A stretch of 64,000 nucleotides of DNA, taken from an uncultured Methanosarcinales archaeon. GTDB lineage: Archaea; Nanobdellota; Nanobdellia; Woesearchaeales; CAIVOO01. The stretch covers positions 76,972 to 140,971 of the forward strand of contig CAZAIK010000002.1 in NCBI GenBank assembly GCA_964485195.1. Direction: 5' to 3'. Below, in pieces: positions 39,950 through 48,475 of this stretch. The position numbers were made by a program, and so were the translations under genes. The notes beneath the pieces were generated by a model that was not told the DNA's origin, made no database searches, and saw nothing but the letters and a program-made list of their open reading frames with translations. Positions within the stretch are counted from its first letter, which is position 1. The number at the start of each line of letters is the position of its first letter.

Positions 39950-39993
39950 CCACAGGCAGAACATTTATAAATTCAAAATCAGACTAATTAGTA

Positions 39994-41265
39994 ATGAAAG
40001 AAATAAAACTAGTTAAAGAGCTTGACGCAACTGTGGAAGCGCCTCCTTCAAAAGCCCATACCCTGAGGGCTTTGTTTATCGCAGCTCTGGCTAATGGGAA
40101 AAGCGTAATCAAAAATCCTTTAATCGCAGAGGACCAGGAATATGCGATTAAAGCTTTGAAGAAATTTGGAACCAGTGTCGAGACCAAAGATAATCTTATT
40201 GAGATTATTGGAACAGGAGGAAAACCGAAACTGCCTGACAAGGATGTCTTTGTTGGCAATTCCGGAGTGACTATGAGGTTTCTCGCGACTTTTGCAGCAC
40301 TTGCTCCTGAGGGGAAAGTAATCCTTGACGGGACTGAAAGGATGAGGAAGGGGAGGCCGATTCAGGATTTGCTTGATGCGTTAAAAAAAATAGGGGTTGA
40401 AGCTGTTTCAATAAAAAACAACGGCTGCCCTCCGATTGAAATAAAAACAGGCGGGATAAAGGGAGGAATAACCAGTCTAAAGGGCTCTAAAAGCTCGCAA
40501 TATTTCTCCTCGCTTCTCATAAGCGCGCCATATGCCAAAGGGGATGTTACAATAAAAATATTGGGGGAGATTTCAAGCAAGCCATACATAGATGTGACAA
40601 TTAATGTGATGGAAGAATTTGGTGTTGAAGTTGAAAATAAAAATTATGAAGAATTCTTTGTAAAATCCGGCCAGAGGTATGAAGCAAGGGAGTATTCTGT
40701 GGAAGGGGATTTCAGCAATGCAGCTTATTTCTTTGCCGCTGCAGCTGTTACTGGTGGGAGAGTAAGGGTCGTCAATGTAAATCCAGATTCAGCACAGGGA
40801 GACAGGTTCTTTGTTGACTGCCTGGATGAAATGGGCTGCGATATCAGGGAAGGTAAGAACTGGATTGAGGTAAAAGGTAATAAGTTAAAGCCGATAAAGA
40901 GGGATATGAATGATTATCCTGACATAGTGCAGCCCTTGGCTGTTGTTGCTGCTTTTGCAGAAGGAAAAAGCGAATTCACAAACATTGCCCATTTGAGATA
41001 TAAGGAATGCGATAGGCTGAAAGCGCCTGTAACAGAGCTAAAAAAGATGGGAATCAACGCAATTGATGCAGAAGACAGCCTTATTGTTGAAGGCGGCCAC
41101 CAGATGCACGGAGCTGAGATTGATACTTATAATGACCACAGGATGGCGATGAGTTTCGCAATAGCAGGACTAAAAATTCCAGGCATTAAAATAAAGAATC
41201 CAGAAGTTGTTAACAAGTCTTTTCCAGAGTTTTGGGGAAGATTAGAATCACTATATGGTGGTTAA
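39994..41265 (+). CDS. aroA: 3-phosphoshikimate 1-carboxyvinyltransferase (EPSP synthase)
   Basis: PPSKA, GNSGVTMRF, SSQY, LRYKECDR, DHRMAMSF, KSFPEFW. Confidence 0.96.
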   Translation: MKEIKLVKELDATVEAPPSKAHTLRALFIAALANGKSVIKNPLIAEDQEYAIKALKKFGTSVETKDNLIEIIGTGGKPKLPDKDVFVGNSGVTMRFLATFAALAPEGKVILDGTERMRKGRPIQDLLDALKKIGVEAVSIKNNGCPPIEIKTGGIKGGITSLKGSKSSQYFSSLLISAPYAKGDVTIKILGEISSKPYIDVTINVMEEFGVEVENKNYEEFFVKSGQRYEAREYSVEGDFSNAAYFFAAAAVTGGRVRVVNVNPDSAQGDRFFVDCLDEMGCDIREGKNWIEVKGNKLKPIKRDMNDYPDIVQPLAVVAAFAEGKSEFTNIAHLRYKECDRLKAPVTELKKMGINAIDAEDSLIVEGGHQMHGAEIDTYNDHRMAMSFAIAGLKIPGIKIKNPEVVNKSFPEFWGRLESLYGG

Positions 41266-41306
41266 AAACTCAAAAAGTTTATAAATATGGCTTCTTTAAT
41301 TAATCT

Positions 41307-41819
41307 GTGACTAACGAAAAGGAAGTCAGGAATTTCCTGAACAGAAAAATACCCTGCTTAGACCATTGCGGCCAGTGCGGTGTTTGTTGTCAAGCATTTG
41401 GCTATAAGGGACCTGTAATCCACGAGGATGAAAAGGCTTCAGTAATACAATCGCTTGAAAATATGGGCCTTGCTGGTATTGCTCAGTATGTCAAGGAAAA
41501 TGGAGAAATACCTGCCCATGAAGGCAAGCTGGTAGCAAGGGCGTGCAAGCTTCTGGATGAAGATAACAATTGCCTTCTTCACGATACAGCAAAGCCAAAA
41601 GAATGCGTTGAATCACCAAATTTCATCATCATCAGGGAAAACAACATTGTTTTACAGGCAGACATATATCCTGGAAAATGCCGAGAATGTATGTCAGAAA
41701 TAGATTTAGAAAGGGCAATAGATTCATTAAAAGATGAATTTGAGGAGGCATTCAGAAAACCATTACAATTAAGGATAAATTATCCAATTGAGAATAGATG
41801 CAAGCGTTATTATGATTAA
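41307..41819 (+). CDS. YkgJ-family CxxCxxCC protein
   Basis: CGQCGVCC...CKLL...CLLHDTAKPKEC. Confidence 0.75.
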   Translation: MTNEKEVRNFLNRKIPCLDHCGQCGVCCQAFGYKGPVIHEDEKASVIQSLENMGLAGIAQYVKENGEIPAHEGKLVARACKLLDEDNNCLLHDTAKPKECVESPNFIIIRENNIVLQADIYPGKCRECMSEIDLERAIDSLKDEFEEAFRKPLQLRINYPIENRCKRYYD

Positions 41820-42223
41820 AGATTTCCCCTTATTCTCTTAGCGATCTCTTCCATCTGGCCTTCCTCGTACTCGCCCTGCCTGAACAGGTGATGGCCGTCT
41901 CCTTCGAATCTTGGGATTATGTGTATGTGAAGGTGAGGAACCACCTGCCCGGAAACCTTCCCCACGTTTACCTGCAGGTTAAAGCCTTCGGCGTCAACTG
42001 CTTTCAGGACGGCAGAGGCTATCTTCTTGGCGTCGTTGAGCATCCCGTCCAAAACCTCGTTTGGAGTGCTCATCAGGTCCTCGTAGTGCTCTTTTGGAAT
42101 CACCAGAGTATGGCCGGGGTTTGCGGGCATTATGTCAAGAAAGGCAACATACTTGGAGTCCTCGTAGACCTTCTCAGAAGGGATCTCCCCTTTCACTATC
42201 CTGCAGAATATGCACTCATCCAT
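41816..42223 (-). CDS. HIT-family nucleotide hydrolase
   Basis: CIFC, GHTLVIPK, HLHIH. Confidence 0.95.
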   Translation of the reverse strand: MDECIFCRIVKGEIPSEKVYEDSKYVAFLDIMPANPGHTLVIPKEHYEDLMSTPNEVLDGMLNDAKKIASAVLKAVDAEGFNLQVNVGKVSGQVVPHLHIHIIPRFEGDGHHLFRQGEYEEGQMEEIAKRIRGNL

Positions 42224-42275
42224 GTCCTGCTTCTCTGCATGAAAGTATTTAAATGTTTTGCGATTACCCTGAGAT

Positions 42276-42674
42276 ATGGCAGACAACAAAGTGGCTTTGA
42301 TAGCATTGCTGGAAGGGAGCAAGATACTTGTCCAGGAGAGGAAGGACAGGAGCAAGTTCGGTGAGGAGTGGGCTTTCTTCGGGGGCAGCGTGGAAGAAGG
42401 GGAGACTCCGGAACAGGCGGTAAGGAGGGAAGTAAAGGAGGAACTTGGCTATGACCTGAAAAGCTTTGATTTCTTCAAAAAATACATCCATCAGATGAAG
42501 CCCAGCTGGGTTTCTGAGAAAACAATGTTCACTGCGGAATTCCCGGGTTTTGAGAAGGTAAGGCTTCTGGAAGGTTCTGGGATGAAGCTTGCCTCCCTGC
42601 AAACAGCGAAAAAAATAAAGATGATGCCAGGTGATGAAGAGATAATTAATGACTTGATAAAGCTGAGAAATTGA
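42276..42674 (+). CDS. NUDIX hydrolase
   Basis: GGSVEEGETPEQAVRREVKEELG. Confidence 0.92.
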   Translation: MADNKVALIALLEGSKILVQERKDRSKFGEEWAFFGGSVEEGETPEQAVRREVKEELGYDLKSFDFFKKYIHQMKPSWVSEKTMFTAEFPGFEKVRLLEGSGMKLASLQTAKKIKMMPGDEEIINDLIKLRN

Positions 42675-42738
42675 AAACCTAAATTTAAAACAATGTTAAA
42701 CAAATAACTTTAAAAACAAAAAAGTAAATTGTTCTTGA

Positions 42739-43716
42739 ATGACCTGGTTTTTATCATTGATCCTGCTTGTGGCCGGCTTCATCCTTCTTAAAAAGGGGGC
42801 TGACTGGCTTATTGAACATTCCTCTTCAATCGCAAGGAGGTGGGGGATTCCTGCATTAATAGTCGGCCTTACAGTGGTGGCTTTCGGCACCTCCCTCCCC
42901 GAGCTTGCAGTCAGCCTTTTTGGGGCCTTATTCGGCTCTCCTGACATTTCAGTGGGAACAGTAGTCGGTTCCAACATTATGAACATTGCTTTGATACTCG
43001 GGCTGACAGCTGCCATAGCCCCTCTTGCAATTAAGGAAAGAACCCTCATTTACGAGTTTCCCTTCGTCATCGTCTCAGCATTGTTCCTGCTAATCCTGTC
43101 AAACGATAACAACATCTTCGGCATTAACACCTTCACCCTGGGAAGGTTTGACGGGACCGTGCTGTTACTGGTGTTCGCAATATTTTTCATTTACATTTAC
43201 TCCTTTTACAAGAACAGGAACACAGAGGCAAAAAAGGAGTTTGAGATGGAGTACAAGAAGATAGGGAAGCTGTGGCACAATTTTGTGTTCATACTTCTGG
43301 GGATCGTGGCTCTTTTCGTGGGCGGAAGAATCCTTGTCTTCTCAGCTGTTGACATAGCAACAATCATGGGGTTGAGCGAGAAGGTCATAGGCCTTACCAT
43401 AGTGGCGCTGGGAACTTCGCTCCCTGAACTGTTCACCAGCATAACAGCAATGCTCAAGCAGGAAAGCGGGATAGCTGTGGGCAACATCATAGGAAGCAAC
43501 ATCTTCAACATCCTCTGGGTTATAGGGTTGGTGGCTGTCATCAAGCCTCTCTCTGTCAATCCGCAGATAGTATATTTTGACATGGTCATAATGCTTGTTT
43601 TCTCCCTCTTGCTTGTGCTGTTCGCAACCACCGGAAAGAAGCTTGTGAGGTGGGAGGGGGCGGCATTCCTGGCAGGCTATGTTGCTTACGTTGCTTACCT
43701 GTTCATCCTGAAATAA
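42739..43716 (+). CDS. Na+/Ca2+ exchanger (CaCA/YrbG family)
   Basis: Two GTSLPE and GSNI.N alpha-repeats. Confidence 0.95.
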   Translation: MTWFLSLILLVAGFILLKKGADWLIEHSSSIARRWGIPALIVGLTVVAFGTSLPELAVSLFGALFGSPDISVGTVVGSNIMNIALILGLTAAIAPLAIKERTLIYEFPFVIVSALFLLILSNDNNIFGINTFTLGRFDGTVLLLVFAIFFIYIYSFYKNRNTEAKKEFEMEYKKIGKLWHNFVFILLGIVALFVGGRILVFSAVDIATIMGLSEKVIGLTIVALGTSLPELFTSITAMLKQESGIAVGNIIGSNIFNILWVIGLVAVIKPLSVNPQIVYFDMVIMLVFSLLLVLFATTGKKLVRWEGAAFLAGYVAYVAYLFILK

Positions 43717-43749
43717 TCCCTTGAGAATTCATTAAGAATAATATAAAAA

Positions 43750-45927
43750 TCATTGATTCTCAGCAAGCCCTTTCCTGCTTCTTATCTGCTGGATTATCTT
43801 CAGCTGCTGCTCCTCGGGAAGCTTTTCAAAGGACTGGTCTATCATGAAGAATACTCCCCTTCCCTCTGTTGCAGACCTCAGGTCAGAGGTAAGCCCGAAC
43901 ATCTCTGCAACGGGAAGCTTTGCCTTCACAGTGACAGTCTCGCCTTCCTGCTGCATATCAAGCAGCTGCCCTCTCTTGTTCTGCACCAGCTTGGAAATCT
44001 CCCCCATATAATCAGAGGGAGCTTCAATCAGCAATGTCTGCAGGGGCTCGAAAATCATTGGATTGGCATTTGCAAAGGCTTCCCTGATTCCGTCCCTCAC
44101 TGCGGGGATTACCTGGGCAGGCCCCCTGTGGATTGCGTCCTCGTGAAGCTTGATGTCAACAAGGGATACCTTTACCTTTGTGCACGGCTCCCTCGCAAGG
44201 GGGCCCTGCCTCATAACCTCTTCAAAGGCGTCCATTACCATCTCTATGACTTCCCCGATATGGACTTCTCCCTTGGTCATGTCCAAAAGGACGTTTCCGT
44301 TGAAGATGTCCCTCACGTTTCTTGACTCCTTGTTGGACATTCCGTTCTTCTCAAGCGCCTGCCACAATTCGTTGTCCTTTCTCTTCACCCTCATCTCGGA
44401 AATCTCCCCTTTCTTTATTGCCTGGTAGGCATCCTCTTCCAGGGGCTCAACAACAAAGTAGAACTTGTTGTGCTTGTTGGGTGATTTTCCCTCTGAAGAG
44501 GAAGGTGTTTTCCTGGTGACAGTTTCCCTGTAAACAACTATGGGCGGGCTGGTCTGAACCTCAATGTGCTTCTCTGTCTTGATCCTGTTCTCAACAACCT
44601 CAAGATGCAGCTCTCCCATCCCGTGCATTAAGTGCTCTCCTGTCTCCTCGTTAATCTCTATTATTATTGTGGGGTCTTCCTTGTGCACAGCCCTAAGGAC
44701 TTCGACCAGCTTGGGAAGGTCCTGGGGCTTCTTGGCCTCTATTGCCTTGGTCACGACCGGCTCGAAAATGTGGGTTATCTGCTCAAAGGGCTCAACCGGC
44801 TCCAGTGAAACTGTCTCTCCGGGCAGGCTGTTCTTCAAACCCACAACTCCTATTATGTTTCCTGAAGGGGCATTCTCTATTAGCTCCCTTTTTGCCCCGT
44901 TGTAGACACTTACTTGCTGAATTCTCACTGACTGCTTTGCCCTGTTCATATAGACGGTCTCTCCCTTTCTCACAGTGCCTGAGAAAACACGCCCCGCGCT
45001 TACCTCTCCTGCGTGAGGGTCCATAACTATCTTTATGACGACAAAGGCCAGGGGTCCTGAAGGGTCGCACTCCATCAGCGCCTTCCCCTCCCTGCTTTCC
45101 AAATCACCTTTCCAGATTTTGGGAATCCTGTACTTCTGAGCATCGTCAGGGTTTGGATGGTGCCTTATTGCCATGTTCAGCACAACCCTGTGGAGGGGTG
45201 CCTTTTTTGCCATGGCCTTGATCATAGTCTCATCCCCTGAGGCGTAGCTGTCTATGATGTCCTTGAATGTTATGCCGTGCTTCTGCATAAACGGAGCTGA
45301 AAGCGCCCAGTTGGTATAGGCAGAGCCGAAGGCAACACTTCCGTCCTCGACCTTCACCTTCCACTTTTGCTTGTAATCCTCCTCGGCAATCTGCTCAATC
45401 AGCTGATTGACGTGCGCGATTATCCTGGTAAAGCGTTCCTGCATTGCCTCGGGAGTTAGCTGCAGCTCCTTTATGAGCCGGTCAACCTTGTTGATGAAAA
45501 GAACAGGCTTTACCCTTTCCTTCAATGCCTGCCTGAGCACTGTCTCTGTCTGGGGCATAACCCCCTCAACAGCGTCCACAAGGACTATTGTTCCGTCAAC
45601 AGCCCTCATAGCCCTGGTAACGTCCCCGCCGAAGTCAACGTGGCCGGGAGTGTCTATAAGATTAATCAAATATTCCTCTCCTTCAAAATCGTGAACCATT
45701 GAGACATTGGCAGAGTCAATTGTGATTCCCCTGCTCTGCTCATCCTCGTGAAAGTCAAGCACGCAGGCCTTTCCTGCCAGGTCCTCTGACATCATCCCAG
45801 CCCCTGCCAGGAGATTGTCGGAAAATGTCGTCTTCCCGTGGTCAATGTGGGCAGAGGTGCAGATATTCCTTATCCTGTCCTTCTTGGCCATCAACCTGAA
45901 AACCTTTTCAACCATCTTTTCAGCCAT
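43750..45927 (-). CDS. fusA: Translation elongation factor EF-2
   Basis: AHIDHGKTT, DTPGHVDF, diphthamide loop HEDAIHRGPAQ. Confidence 0.98.
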   Translation of the reverse strand: MAEKMVEKVFRLMAKKDRIRNICTSAHIDHGKTTFSDNLLAGAGMMSEDLAGKACVLDFHEDEQSRGITIDSANVSMVHDFEGEEYLINLIDTPGHVDFGGDVTRAMRAVDGTIVLVDAVEGVMPQTETVLRQALKERVKPVLFINKVDRLIKELQLTPEAMQERFTRIIAHVNQLIEQIAEEDYKQKWKVKVEDGSVAFGSAYTNWALSAPFMQKHGITFKDIIDSYASGDETMIKAMAKKAPLHRVVLNMAIRHHPNPDDAQKYRIPKIWKGDLESREGKALMECDPSGPLAFVVIKIVMDPHAGEVSAGRVFSGTVRKGETVYMNRAKQSVRIQQVSVYNGAKRELIENAPSGNIIGVVGLKNSLPGETVSLEPVEPFEQITHIFEPVVTKAIEAKKPQDLPKLVEVLRAVHKEDPTIIIEINEETGEHLMHGMGELHLEVVENRIKTEKHIEVQTSPPIVVYRETVTRKTPSSSEGKSPNKHNKFYFVVEPLEEDAYQAIKKGEISEMRVKRKDNELWQALEKNGMSNKESRNVRDIFNGNVLLDMTKGEVHIGEVIEMVMDAFEEVMRQGPLAREPCTKVKVSLVDIKLHEDAIHRGPAQVIPAVRDGIREAFANANPMIFEPLQTLLIEAPSDYMGEISKLVQNKRGQLLDMQQEGETVTVKAKLPVAEMFGLTSDLRSATEGRGVFFMIDQSFEKLPEEQQLKIIQQIRSRKGLAENQ

Positions 45928-45929
45928 AA

Positions 45930-46592
45930 TTAGTCACCCTTTAATTTGTCCAAAACCTTTCTGCAGTCGTCAATGACGTGGAACTCCGGATGGTTCACGT
46001 CAAGATTGGCATCAATCTCCACCAGCAGGCCCCTGCTCTTGTAAAAGTCAATCACCGGCTGTATCTCCCTGTAGTAAATGTCCAACCTTTCCTTTGCAGC
46101 TTCTGGTTTATCGTCATCTCTCTGATAAAGCTCGCCATCGCACTTGTCGCAAATACCTTCAACTTTAGGGACTATATTTGTTTTATGATAAATGGTTCCG
46201 CATTCTCCGCAGATCATCCTTCCTGTTCTTCTCCTAATAAGTGTCTCTTCATTCGCAACAAAGTTAAGCACAGCATCAATTTTAACTATTCCTTCAAGCG
46301 CCTCTGCCTGGGAAACAGTCCTTGGAAATCCGTCAAGGAAAAAACCTTTTTCACAGTCCTCTTCCTGCAATCTCTCCCTTAGCATGTCAATTGTTATCTC
46401 ATCCGGCACTAACTTGCCCTTGTCCATATACTCCTTTGCCTTTTTTCCCAGCTCAGTTCCCTTTTTTATGTTCTCCCTGAACAAATCCCCAGTTGAAATG
46501 TGGGCTGTTGGATAGCCAGGAATCTTTGTCAAATACTTTGAAGCATAAGTTCCCTTTCCCGTGTTTGGCGCTCCCAATAAAACAACCTTCAT
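45930..46592 (-). CDS. adk: Adenylate kinase (bacterial type, Zn lid)
   Basis: HISTGDLFR, LDGFPRT, CxxC...CDKC, QRDDD. Confidence 0.95.
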   Translation of the reverse strand: MKVVLLGAPNTGKGTYASKYLTKIPGYPTAHISTGDLFRENIKKGTELGKKAKEYMDKGKLVPDEITIDMLRERLQEEDCEKGFFLDGFPRTVSQAEALEGIVKIDAVLNFVANEETLIRRRTGRMICGECGTIYHKTNIVPKVEGICDKCDGELYQRDDDKPEAAKERLDIYYREIQPVIDFYKSRGLLVEIDANLDVNHPEFHVIDDCRKVLDKLKGD

Positions 46593-47161
46593 TTTAAGTT
46601 TCCTTTCCTGTAATGGATTTTTTCATCAGCCCTTTCATATGAGTGTATTTCCTCGGGCTTGAACCAGATGCTTATTTCCTTTTTCGCATCCTCCAAATCG
46701 CCGCTTGCGTGGATTATGGTGAGTATGGGCCTGTCAGAAACATTTGCCAGCGCATAGGTGTCGTGGGAGTAATCCCCCCTTATAGTTCCCGGGTTTGCCT
46801 CCTCCACATTGGTAGGCCCGCAAATCTTCCTCACGACATTCACAGCGTTGTGCCCTTCAAGCACCATAGCAATGACAGGCAGTAACATCATGTCCTTAAC
46901 AAGCCCTTCAACAATCTCCCTCCCGGCCTTCTTGGGGTCGGTGTCTTCAGGGTATCCCTTGTTTTTTATCAATCCCTTGCCTTTTTCTATAAGCCATTCG
47001 TCATCCTTGTAATAATGCTCCTCAAGCTGCTCCCTTGAGGCGAAAAGCAGTTTCATGGCAACAATCTTCAGGCCAACCTTTTCAAACCTTGAGATGATCT
47101 CGCCCACAATGCCCCTTGAAACAGCGTCGGGCTTTAGCACAACAAGAGTTCTCTCAATCAT
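46589..47161 (-). CDS. ndk: Nucleoside diphosphate kinase
   Basis: [25 protein letters not shown]. Confidence 0.95.
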   Translation of the reverse strand: MIERTLVVLKPDAVSRGIVGEIISRFEKVGLKIVAMKLLFASREQLEEHYYKDDEWLIEKGKGLIKNKGYPEDTDPKKAGREIVEGLVKDMMLLPVIAMVLEGHNAVNVVRKICGPTNVEEANPGTIRGDYSHDTYALANVSDRPILTIIHASGDLEDAKKEISIWFKPEEIHSYERADEKIHYRKGNLK

Positions 47162-47346
47162 TTCCTGGCACCCTTCTTTATTCTTCTTGCTTCCTGGGTC
47201 CACTTGACATTCCTGGGAACCCTTTTCAGCTTGAAGAGATTCTTCTCGCACTTGTTTGAGCAGAAATGGAACAGCTTGCCGTCGTTCTTGGCAAACAGCT
47301 TTCCAGTTCCCTTCTCTATGTCGTTTCCGCAAAAGCTGCACTTCAT
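47158..47346 (-). CDS. rpl24e: 50S ribosomal protein L24e
   Basis: CSFCG..IEKGTG...FCSNKC...KWT. Confidence 0.95.
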   Translation of the reverse strand: MKCSFCGNDIEKGTGKLFAKNDGKLFHFCSNKCEKNLFKLKRVPRNVKWTQEARRIKKGARK

Positions 47347-47350
47347 TCTT

Positions 47351-47626
47351 TCACCTTCTGCCTGACCTGCTCAAGGGCCTGGCCTCAATCTCTGTTTCCC
47401 TGAGCATCAGCATGTCCCCCTTTTTCACGGGGCCCTTGCAGTTCCTTCTTATGATCTTGTTGGCGTCCCTTCCTTCAAGGATTTTCACCCTTACCTGGAC
47501 TGCCTCCCCTCTCGTTCCTGTCCTGCCTATTATTTCCTCAACCCTTGCAGGGGTTGCTGAGGAGAACTGCACTCCTTTAACTGCTGCTTCCTCTTTCCTC
47601 CCGTCCTTTCCCATATTTCTGGCCAT
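47351..47626 (-). CDS. rps28e: 30S ribosomal protein S28e
   Basis: [12 protein letters not shown]...[21 protein letters not shown]. Confidence 0.95.
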   Translation of the reverse strand: MARNMGKDGRKEEAAVKGVQFSSATPARVEEIIGRTGTRGEAVQVRVKILEGRDANKIIRRNCKGPVKKGDMLMLRETEIEARPLSRSGRR

Positions 47627-47634
47627 TTTTTCAC

Positions 47635-47964
47635 CTACTTGAGAGCAGCCTTGATTTCCTTGATCTGGTTCTTTGCATCCCCTTCCTTGACAATTGCCAC
47701 GCTCGCAGTGGGAGTGCCTATTCCTGCAGCTATTCCCAACTCCTCTTTCGTGGGAACTTCCACGCAGGGAATTTCCTTCTCCTTGCACAGTATCGGAAGA
47801 TGCATTATAATCTCAGGAGGGCTGGTGTCCTTTGCCACAGCAACCAGCAATGCCTGGCCTTTCTCCACGCTCTTGGTCACTTCATTAGTGCCCTTCCTCA
47901 GCTTTCCCCCTGACTTCCTGGCTGCTTCTATCGCTTCAAAAACCTTTTCTGCTAAATCCGCCAT
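47635..47964 (-). CDS. rpl7ae: 50S ribosomal protein L7Ae
   Basis: [13 protein letters not shown]...HLPILCKEK...ELGIAAGI. Confidence 0.96.
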   Translation of the reverse strand: MADLAEKVFEAIEAARKSGGKLRKGTNEVTKSVEKGQALLVAVAKDTSPPEIIMHLPILCKEKEIPCVEVPTKEELGIAAGIGTPTASVAIVKEGDAKNQIKEIKAALK

Positions 47965-48131
47965 TTTGCACCTCAACTTGTTTGTAATAATGAGAATTTT
48001 TCAATCCTCATTCAGGCCGTAGCCGTCATAAATCATTGGTAAGTAAAAGGAGAAAGCAGGGTATTTATAAAGGTTTTGTTGGGTAATATATAATAAGAAA
48101 GTTTATAAAATATCTTGTTGCTTTAAAATCA

Positions 48132-48470
48132 ATGCCTAACCTGGAATTAATTGATGTTCCCGGCCTGGAAACAGCTGACAATGTGTGCAACCAGGTATTG
48201 AGGGAGGTAATAACAGTTGAAAACCTGTTCAGCCTTGCCCACGTCACGATGGAGCAGGGAAATGTTTCCCTGCTTCACGACCATTCCGAGATGAGCGAGA
48301 TTTATTTTATGCTTTCTGGAGATGGAATCATTTATCACGGAAACAGGGCCCTGCGGGCGGTGAAGCCAGCCCCTCTGTATATCCTGCCGGGGACTGAGCA
48401 CAGGCTTTACAACACAGGGGAGGGAAGATTTGGAAATATTGTGCATTTCCTCACCTTATTACACAGATGA
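48132..48470 (+). CDS. Cupin-domain protein
   Basis: LHDH..MSEIYFMLSGDG...ILPGTEHRLYNTG. Confidence 0.8.
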   Translation: MPNLELIDVPGLETADNVCNQVLREVITVENLFSLAHVTMEQGNVSLLHDHSEMSEIYFMLSGDGIIYHGNRALRAVKPAPLYILPGTEHRLYNTGEGRFGNIVHFLTLLHR

Positions 48471-48475
48471 TGATT

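Noticed and set aside
46589..47788. Long N-terminal extensions of Ndk (250 aa) and S28e (145 aa) in the ORF track; likewise HIT (42355) and histone (19989)
   Set aside because: Upstream in-frame starts overlap neighbouring genes or promoters; true starts reassigned to 47161, 47626, 42223 and 19926
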